A stretch of DNA of 64,000 nt from Geosiphon pyriformis uo1 (lineage: Eukaryota; Fungi; Glomeromycota): the NCBI GenBank assembly GCA_016748015.1, contig JAAOMT010000381.1:40713-104712 (forward strand). Reading direction: 5' to 3'. The notes beneath the pieces are model-generated. The model made no database searches. It was given only the letters and a program-made list of their open reading frames with translations, and was not told where the DNA came from. Position 1 is the first letter of the stretch. The number at the start of each line of letters is the position of its first letter. Position numbers and translations under genes: made by a program. Below are positions 55,601 through 64,000 of the stretch, in pieces.

Positions 55601-56598
55601 TTGCAAAAAAAATATCCATTCAATCTCTATTGATCAACCATTTAACAAAATTAGTATAGATGTTGTTAAACTTTTAACAATAACTCCTAATGGTAACAGA
55701 TATATTATCACAGCTACCGACTATCTTACAAAGTGAGTAGAAGCAAGAGCCACTCCAGACCAAATAGCAGTCTCAATAGCCAACTTCATTTATGAAGATA
55801 TTATTTGCCATTATGGCTGCCCCAAAGAACTTTTATCTGATAAAAAAAAAGCTTTTCTTAGTACACTGGTTGAAAAACTTTGCAGAAAAATGGGAATACA
55901 TTACAAACTTTCTTCTTTTTATCATCCCCAAACAAATGGTCTAGTAAAACGTTTTAATAGAACATTATGTAAAACTTTAGCCAAAACCAGTGAAGAAACA
56001 AACTTATAGGACAAAGTACTGCCTTTAGCTTTATTTGCTTATAGAACTGTGAATCATGACATAACAAGTTATGAACCTTTTTATCTGCTCTATGGGTGCA
56101 TGACAACACTATCAATAGAAACTAACATTGAAACAATATTCTTTGAAGAGATCACAATAGGAAATTACAAAGACATTTTGCAAAGAAGACTTAATACCAT
56201 TTTTAACTCCTTGATAGAAGCATGAATAATTGCTTTTGAAAAGATAAAATAGTTTCAAGAAAAGCTTAAGAAAAAGAAAACCTATAAAACATTTTCTTTA
56301 AGTGTTGGTAACTTGGTATTAAAATATTGTTAGACAGAAACAATGTCTATGGTAATAAATTCTCTAGCTGGTAGAAAAGACTTTTTATAGTCAACAAAGT
56401 TTTGAACAATGGTTCTTATATTCTTCAAAATCAATCTGGAACAATCTTCAATGATTGTTCTGTTTATGATACACAACTCAAGAAATATCATAAATGATCT
56501 GATTGGTTGTCTGTTGTGGTAATACCAACTCAATTGATTAGCAAAAATCAAGTATAAATAAATACACCATTCCCAAAACAGAGGTATCTTCAATCAAC

Positions 56599-57255
56599 AT
56601 AAACAATTATTTTTTGGATCAAAACATTCAAAATGCCTTCTATATTCTTTATAAGTATAGGATCAAAAACTATCTAAATGCTATTTTGACCATTGGAAAA
56701 CAGATTACTATAATTAATAGCAGTAGAATACATACTGTTATCAGACCAAAAAAAACTATTACCAGAAAAAAAAAAATTGGTAGCAAAATGGATAAATATC
56801 TATTGGAAAATATAATAGCAGTTATATTCTTATCTTCCAGCATAATTGAAAAAACACTCCAAAAAATCTTATCTATAGACAAAAACTTGTCATATAAAAG
56901 ACAATTAGAACTCTATGGTTGTCTTGGTAAAATCATAGAAGATATGAAACTCATGAAGAAAACAACTTTAGAGATACAGGCAGAAATTTTGGGCATTATA
57001 TAGTTAGATGTTCCAAGAGTTTTAACTATTGCTAAAAGAGCCAAAACTTTAATACAAAGATTTGGTTTCTTGAATACAAAATTCATTTTGTCTCAAGTAT
57101 TATATACCTTATCCACAAAAGACTTCAACAAACTAGTTAGCTTTGAGTTAGATAAAACTTTTCAAATACATTATCCCATGAATAGCTTGATTTTGCTGGA
57201 GCTCAATCTCTTTGGAAAGAATAATGTTATGATTGAAACTTATACTTCTTATTAA
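56599..57255 (+). pseudogene. ORF3 (~218 codons, accessory protein of unknown function) of the lineage B element
   Basis: ORFs 56614-57003 and 57070-57255 are in the same frame, separated by one stop codon. The start ATA at 56599 is ATG in the sister copy (14267). Confidence 0.75.
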
Positions 57256-57314
57256 TTATCACATGTATTAGTCATTGATGTCATATAAATTAGCCACTCT
57301 ATTTTTAAATAGTA

Positions 57315-57395
57315 ATCATTGACCTGATCAATAACCTGATCATTGACCTGACCATTAATCTGATCATTAACCTAGTTATTGACCTGATCATTCAC
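57315..57395 (+). repeat. 12-bp tandem repeat (ATTGACCTGATC) in lineage B LTRs
   Basis: About 6-7 units here. Also at ~50498-50532 (~3 units), ~13436-13555 (~10 units, reverse) and ~30261-30335 (~6 units, reverse). Confidence 0.85.
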
Positions 57396-59639
57396 CACTT
57401 TTAACAGCTATATAAGTGATGAATCTCTTAGCTGTAAAAAAGCATGTTCAAAATAATCAAGAATAAATAAAATAACAACTTTCATCTCAATCATTCTCTT
57501 ATCACTAATTTTCCTTTTTCTATCTTCAAGTATCTAAACATCTTGGGATAAAAAATTACTTGTTGGTTAATTCTTACCCTTTTCTTAAAATGTATAAGTG
57601 TAGTATTTGAAGATTATTGAATAAAACGTGACTAAAAAGCACATTCGATACTTGATATTAAATTCTAAGAGTGCCAACATGAGGCATAGAATTATACTAA
57701 GTGTGATCATTTGTTAACAGTATAAACTATCTTTTTATCTTCAAATTCCCTAGTTACTTTTTGAAAAGAATAGCAATTGAGATATTTTATAAAACTAATC
57801 TTACACATTGAATCCATACTTATTCAATTTGTTCTTTAAAGTTGAATTCTCTTTGATTATTTCCATTACTCTACAATCCTGTTCTTCCTTGCTATCTGTT
57901 AGCTTATTACTTCAACCCATAACAATATTATACAAAAACAGAAAAAAAATAGAATAAAAAATTTGATCCAAAATAGGATAAGTTATTTTATATTAAAAAA
58001 ATATTTAAAAAATATATTATATAAACTGCAACTAAAAAACAAAATTTTAACCAAAGTAGTACATAGAAATTAACTAAAGTTATATTATAGTAAAACATTA
58101 ATAAACTTTAATATATTACAGTTAAAAGCACAAAAGATACTAATTAAACCAAATAAAATTTTACAAAATTTAAAACCAGTTGTTATTATTAAAGCCAACA
58201 TATTACAAAACTGAAAATTGTTATAAATATAATTAAAACACACAAAAAAAAAGCAATAAATAAAAATAATAAATAAAATACATACAACAGCGCAATAGTT
58301 ATTTTAAATATTAAAAACAAAAAATTTAAACATAAAAATAACAGTTAACAAACAAAAAATTTGTTATAAAAACATTTAAAAAACAAAACAATTAAAAAAA
58401 CTTTATATAGTAAAATACAAAAACAAAAAAATAATTATATTAAAAAACTTATTAAAAAAGTAAAAAAAACTTTTAAAAATTTAATAATAAATGTTCAATA
58501 AAAAGTATTAATAAAAAAAAACTAAAAAACTTGGAAAAAACAATTTTTAATAGTATATTGCTATTATTACTTAAAACAATAGCTAAATATTTAGATATTA
58601 TATATTAATAACTTTAAACAAATGTTTAATAAACAAATAATACAACAAATAGAATATTTTATTAGAAAAACAACTTAATAACCTATGTAAAAACAATTTA
58701 TAAATACAAAAAAATATTATTATACTTAGTTATAAAAAATATAATAGTAAATTAAATGAAAAAAATAATTAATTTACAATTTAAAAAACTAAAAACAAAA
58801 GTTTTCAAAACTATAATAGAAAAAAACTTAGAAAATTTTAACAGAATTTAATATTAAAAAAAAATATTATTATTTATAGAAAATAATAATAATAATATAA
58901 ATAATTAATAATAAAGTAAAAGATTATTAGAATACATAATACTAGGAATTTTAGGAATATCAAAAAAAATTTTAAAAATTTTAGAAATACAAAAAATTTT
59001 AGCAAAAACTCAAAGAAATAGTAAAAATTTCAGAAATTTTGTATTATAAATATTTATATATATATATTAATTAATAAGTCAAGAAAAAAAAGAAACAAAA
59101 CTTTAAAATTAGTTTAGTTATTTTTAATTTTATTAATAAGTTTTTATTATATTTATTACTTAAATAATTCCAAGATTATTAAAGTTAAAACTAATATTAT
59201 AATTATATTGATATTATTTAAATCAATTATAATTACTTAAACAAAACTAAAACAATAATTTTTAATTATTGCTATTAACAAAATACTAATTAATTACTAT
59301 ATTATTTTGTAATTATATTTATCAAAGTTATTAATTAATTGTAAAAAATACTAAAATTATAATATTAAGAATTATTTAATAAAAAATACCAGAAAAAAAT
59401 ATAATTGTAATTAAAAAACTAAGATTATTTACCAAAAAAGTGTAAATACCAGAATAAATTAGTTACTAAACTAAAAAAATTATCAAAGTTATTATTAATT
59501 ACTATTAAGTAAATTTCTGTTTATTTTATAAAAAACTTTAATATATAATCTTCATAATACTTTTAAAATACACTTCAATTAATCTGAACACCAAATTATG
59601 AAAATTACTAATATTTACTCAAAAAATCTACTCATAATA

Positions 59640-60330
59640 TTATAAATATTTATATAATAAATAATATTATAATGTTTTATATTTACTTTATAATAATATT
59701 AAGTTTTCTGATTATTTGTTTTTATGTTTAATGAATTTTACTGCTTGTAATGTTTTGTTAGTTTTTTAGATTACTATATAAAAGTTTTTTTCTGGTTTAT
59801 ATATGTTTTTATCTTATGTGTTTTAATTGTTGTTATTATATTTGTTAAATGTTACAATATATATTATTTTGTATAAAAATTTTGTTTTTAGAGCTTAATA
59901 TTTGGAATTTTTTTCTGTTTTTGAAAATTCTAAAATAGCTGTTAATAAGATTATAAGATTTAATATACAAAAATAATATTTGGTTTTTTTATTTTAAATA
60001 TTAAGTAATTATAGAAAAAAAGAGTTTAATTTTACTAAATATCTTAGTATTTTTTTTGTTTGTGGTTTTTTAAGTGTATTATTTAAAAATATAATTAAAT
60101 TAATATTACTAAGACTTTAAGTATTAGTTTTAGTATATGTTTTTTTTTTTAGTATTAACAGTAGTATTTTTGTTTATATAAAAGCTTAATATTATTTTAA
60201 CTAACTTAAATAATTAGTTATGTATAGTAATTATATAATTTATATTTAATTTAAATTACTTAGTTTAATATATTATATTAAGTAATATTTAGATCTTATT
60301 TATAAAAAATAAAATAAAATAAAATAAAAC
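59640..60330 (+). mobile_element. 3' end of a heavily decayed LINE ORF2 (zf-RVT-like region)
   Basis: 59641-59730 aligns with 874-960 (YKYLYIK*YYNVLYLLYNNIKFSDYLFLC vs YKHLYNRKYLSVLCLHCKKVKTFDYSFIC). Possible (AAAAT)n tail at ~60305-60329. Confidence 0.55.
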
Positions 60331-61527
60331 TATTTTATAATTTGTTTTTTTGCTATTATTATATTTTTTTAATACAATTGTTATTAATGTTTAAATAAAT
60401 CAATTATTTTATAATAATATTATATATTTTAAAAACTGGTTTTTTTAATTTTTTAATTTATTAATTAACTTTATATGCAATAATAATTTAATTGGTTATA
60501 TTTATAATATTATTGCCAAAAATATGTAATTATAATTTTTAAATTAAAAATGTTTTTAATACTATAGTTTTTATAATTAATATTTTAAAATAATTAATTA
60601 ATTATATATTATATATTTAAGTTATTAATTAATTTGTTATATTATTATTAATTATTTTTGTGAAATTTAATAAAAAACAAAAAAACTTGTTTTATTAAAC
60701 ACATATTTGTAAAGTTTAGTTTTAATAATATTTATATTACCAAAAACTATTATTTATTTTGTTAAAAAACCAAATTACTTTAATTTAATATTTTTTAAAA
60801 AGATTAGATAATAATTTACTTATAAACTATATTAAAATATTAGAAATACAATTACAAATTTTTAATTTTAACATTAAATATTTTTAAATAATAATAATTT
60901 AATACAATAAGATAAAAAATACTTATGTTAAATTTTTAAAAGATTTATTATTTTTAAAACAAAAATAAAAAACAAAGAACAATGTTTTATTGTATAATAT
61001 TTTTGATTGGTTTAAATAATTAGTTATATGTAAAAAAAATAGATAATTTCCATTTATTTAGACATGTACATTTATTATTTTGGTAAATTTAAAAGAACTA
61101 TACTTAATCAAACATATTTTTTGAAAAATTTTTATTGTAATTTTGGCATAAATAGTGACAATTGTAACTTTAATATTTAAGCTTTTTAAACAATTGTAAC
61201 ATAATTTTCACATGTTCCAGTTAAAAACAAATTTAATAGCTGCAACTGATGATTTTTAACCAAACAAGTGTTATTTTATGTCAATTTAAAAAATATATAC
61301 CTTGTATTAATTCTTAATTTCATAGTTTAATTTATAAAAAAAGGTGCTACAATAAATTACTTCTAAAATCCTTTGAAAATCATTTTGGTAATAAAATTCA
61401 TTAATCGTGGAAATGGTCAAGATTTTTATTAAATACGTTTGTAATTGTAAAAATGTCAACTTTGTCATGTTAGAACTCTGGTCGCATGATAGAATCTTCA
61501 ATTAAGTTGCTCAAAATCGCGAAATTA

Positions 61528-62650
61528 TTATTTAATGAAAGGGATCCAAACACCAACCCGTTGCCGATACCGCACATAATCATCACCAAAAAATTTGATC
61601 AGTAATGGTTCCTCATTTCTGATTCGATCTCTGAAGAATCGATGCAAGGCCACCAAATAACCAAAGAAGCAAATGGGATTAAAAAGTAACAACTGTGTTC
61701 CTAATGCCCAATAATAAAACCCAAAATAAGAAGGATGTCTTGAGATACTATATATTCCAGTTGTCACCAGTTCGTGATCTTGATGTTTTTGATACACAAT
61801 TTGATGTGAGAAATTTGATTTTGCATGCCACATTGCCAGACTTCTGGTTGTCTGGCCAAGTATTATTAAGACTAAACCTAGATATTGAAATTAGACCGGA
61901 GAAATGATTTCATAAAGTCATCAATTAAATTATGCTAAAAACCTTACCTAGAAAAGCTATCCATCCAACCTTTTTTAATTCAGGAAACAAGTAAAGCTCA
62001 ATTACAAACTCAATCAATCCAGCCAAATGCGCAACGTGATAGGAAAGACCATTATGTATAAGAAATGCTGGAAATTATTTGTTACATGATCAAATTCGGA
62101 AGAAAGCATAAATCAATAGAGAATACCAAGATTGATGAGATTTTAAGGGCCAGTTCGTGCCCCAGTTTACCCAAAAGTTCAAATAACACTCAAGAGCTGT
62201 GTCACAATTTCACTTTTCCTAATCAGACGAACTTTACTCACCATCCATTGAAAGCTTCTCCGAATTAACTATGGCTGTTAATAGATACTCCAAGATGTGG
62301 AAGACCGCCAAAGTCGCAAAGAAAACTCCTAGTTGAGGTATTTGGGAATATAGTGCGAAACTAATACCGGCGCCGAAAATTACGCCAATCAAGAATGAGT
62401 AAATGGCAATGTTTTTTGGCGTATGATGTCTGTCTAGTAATGGGATATCACGATATAAACGCGAGTATTGACGTGTAGTATAAAATTCTTCAGAAGGGGA
62501 ATGAGTTGTGGCTGGGCTTGGAGATCTTAGACGGAAAGATGTAGAGTTAGATGGTTGTTCTTCTGGAGTTGATCCGCTGTATGTGGTTGTAAAGTTGGTT
62601 AGAATGTGTTCTGTGCCTGGTAAGGAGTCTGCAATGAACGTTGAAGACAT
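61528..62650 (-). CDS. STE14: Protein-S-isoprenylcysteine O-methyltransferase, 3 exons (62650-62242, 62067-61948, 61877-61528), 292 aa
   Basis: ICMT motifs FHILEYL.TA, NFSH.I....HELVTTGIYSISRHPSYFGFYYWALGTQLLLFNP and RI..EE..LIKFFGDDY..YR.RV...IPFI. GT-AG introns of 174 and 70 bp give an open 879-nt frame. Confidence 0.95.
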
Positions 62651-63205
62651 TTTGTTTTATTCAAGCTTTGAAAAGAAAAGCTATGTGAGGTAGCTGTATA
62701 AATAGCGATGAGTTAAATTTCATTAAAAAAGAGAACTGTTTAAATGAACAAAGGAAAAGAAAACAATAACTTTCAAGACTTTTTAATATTGTATTTGGTT
62801 AAATTTATTTTGACTATTGTTCCTTTTTTAGACTTAAGATCTACATAGAATATTAGGTTATACCAAGTCTATCTGATTCAAATTAAAGAACACAACCATT
62901 GTTAATCATTATGTCAAATCGCGTTTAGTGATAGTCTTTCTTTTAATTTTCGAAGCCGCGGGCCATTCTACTTGAGTTACCAACTTACACTCTTTACAAG
63001 TTTACAACCTACCCGAGTTAACAAGTCTGAGTTAGAAATTCTTAAAAATAAACCCCTCGCATCAGGCTATCGAACTCAACATTTACTTGATTATTACATC
63101 TTTGACATTTGTGATCAAGAATTTTTTCCCAAAATATTAGATAAGGTACTTCATTTATTACTTATTTTGTAAGAATCCTTTAGTGTCCCGGGAAGATTAT
63201 ATCAA
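62651..63205. promoter_or_regulatory. Divergent intergenic/promoter region between STE14 and the BTB gene
   Basis: 555 bp between two head-to-head ATGs. CpG is retained. TATAAA at ~62697. Function is inferred from position only. Confidence 0.45.
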
Positions 63206-64000
63206 ATGGGAGCTTTGAGGAGTGCTAAACCCGCGCTAGCTGAAAGAATTGTTTTGAATGTTGGTGGGATCAAGGTAATATTAAGGCCTCTATGTGTAGT
63301 TTAAAAAAGACAAGGCTTCATTTTCGAAGAGAAATTATCATGGTATTATTGATTTATTTGTTGATACAACTTGAAAATCAAGTATGACACATATCGTTCG
63401 ACCCTGACCGCATATCCTGATACACTACTGGGTGCAATGTTTGCCGATCGAAACAAAGCAACCCTCCACCCAACAAACGGCAACGAATATTTCATAGATA
63501 GAAACGGTCGTGCATTTCATTATATCTTAGAATTCTATCGTACCGGTAAAAATCTCTGGCTAGATAATAAAGTCACCACCATTCCAAACGCATCAAAACA
63601 ACCAAATGATTGGACTTTACCAATCTCACGTAAAGAGCTTGAGGAAGAATTCAATTATTTTCTCATTCCTGGACAAACGGTTGGAGCTTCATTGACACAC
63701 AGAGTGGCTGCTGTAAAATTAGACGAATTCATCGTAGCCTTAAAAGAAGTAATTACCACAGTTGTCTCTTGTTATGGTTACGAAGTTACAATTAAACTCA
63801 CTATGGAAGATGATGAGATGGAGGTAACAACTGATACTGATAAGACACCCCACGCATTATATAATATTTCTGGAAGAATTCGACATTTTTCAAAACCGAG
63901 TATCGACGGAATTTTGATGAGCATTATGAAACCATTCCAGTTGAGTGGTTATCATATTATTTCAATGTTTGGTGAAGATGTTAAAAGGCATATCAAGAGT
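63206..64000 (+). CDS. KCTD/K-channel tetramerisation-type BTB/POZ protein, exon 1 63206-63274, exon 2 63383 to beyond the window end
   Basis: MGALRSAKPALAERIVLNVGGIK|YDTYRSTLTAYPDTLLGAMF...NEYFIDRNGRAFHYILEFYRTGK (BTB_2/T1 signature). GT-AG intron of 108 bp. The frame stays open to the end of the window. Confidence 0.9.

Larger units (their letters stand above)
50409..57924 (+). mobile_element. Full-length, best-preserved Ty3/Gypsy element (lineage B): gag-PR-RT-RH-IN-ORF3, TSD ATAT
   Basis: LTRs at 50409-51059 and 57225-57924 (TGTTATG...CATAACA). ATAT at 50405-50408 and 57925-57928. Gag 51112-52655 with CYHCGLTEYFSRDC. Protease 53118-53426. RT/RH 54064-55104 (VYLDD). Integrase 55332-56558. 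PPT at ~57214. Confidence 0.96.
31280..59639 (+). mobile_element. Oldest large Gypsy host element (dUTPase-bearing), split by two insertions: segments 31280-34309, 48488-50408, 57929-59639
   Basis: Protease ~31620-32050, dUTPase ~33040-33450, RT start ~33900. The RT frame is restored across ATAG/ATAA (LDLNNS|Y**I, decayed LDLASGYWQ). YLND at ~48660. Integrase follows, with GPY/F restored across ATAT. ORF3 remnant ~58270-58860. 3' LTR ~58868-59639 (end approximate). No 5' LTR found. Confidence 0.75.

Noticed and set aside
56670-56882. Hydrophobic antisense ORFs conserved in both lineage B copies (also 13984-14196, 27400-27660, 53126-53386) as Env or membrane proteins
   Set aside because: They are shadow frames of very A-rich sense strands. 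T-rich codons give F/L/I/V, and conservation follows from the sense ORF.
56599-57255. ORF3 as a retroviral envelope protein
   Set aside because: It is too short and basic, and shows no signal peptide, fusion peptide or transmembrane anchor.
1-61400. Organelle, endosymbiont or alternative genetic code DNA explaining the AT richness and stop codons
   Set aside because: Stops of all three types fall at different positions in sister copies and come with frameshifts. The block is contiguous with intron-containing nuclear genes.
62065-63172. ORFs 62065-62268, 62508-62693, 62972-63172, 61695-61907 and 61307-61501 as genes
   Set aside because: They overlap STE14 antisense, intron, UTR or intergenic DNA, are short, and show no recognisable motifs.

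Overview
Eukaryotic, very AT-rich genomic DNA, most likely a fungus of the Glomeromycotina/Mucoromycota type. That assignment is inferred from the retroelement families and the intron-containing STE14 and BTB genes, not verified. About 61 kb (1 to ~60,200) is a gene-free pile of decayed transposons: three LINE fragments, at least 8 Ty3/Gypsy LTR retrotransposons or fragments from about 4-5 lineages, two adjacent solo LTRs and one Tc1 (DD34E) DNA transposon. They are nested up to four levels deep, and several insertion sites can be rebuilt from 4-bp TSDs that restore the host reading frame. All TEs are riddled with C>T/G>A transitions and are nearly CpG-free. Only two host genes are present, both at the right end and divergently transcribed: a 3-exon isoprenylcysteine carboxyl methyltransferase (STE14/ICMT, minus strand) and a KCTD-type BTB/POZ protein (plus strand, runs off the window). 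The most notable observations are: (1) a conserved non-Env third ORF between integrase and the 3' LTR, shared by several otherwise divergent Gypsy lineages; (2) a dUTPase plus an unannotated Cys-rich domain between protease and RT; (3) a RIP-like transition hypermutation that stops sharply near the genes. All translations and alignments were done by eye, and internal domain boundaries are approximate.
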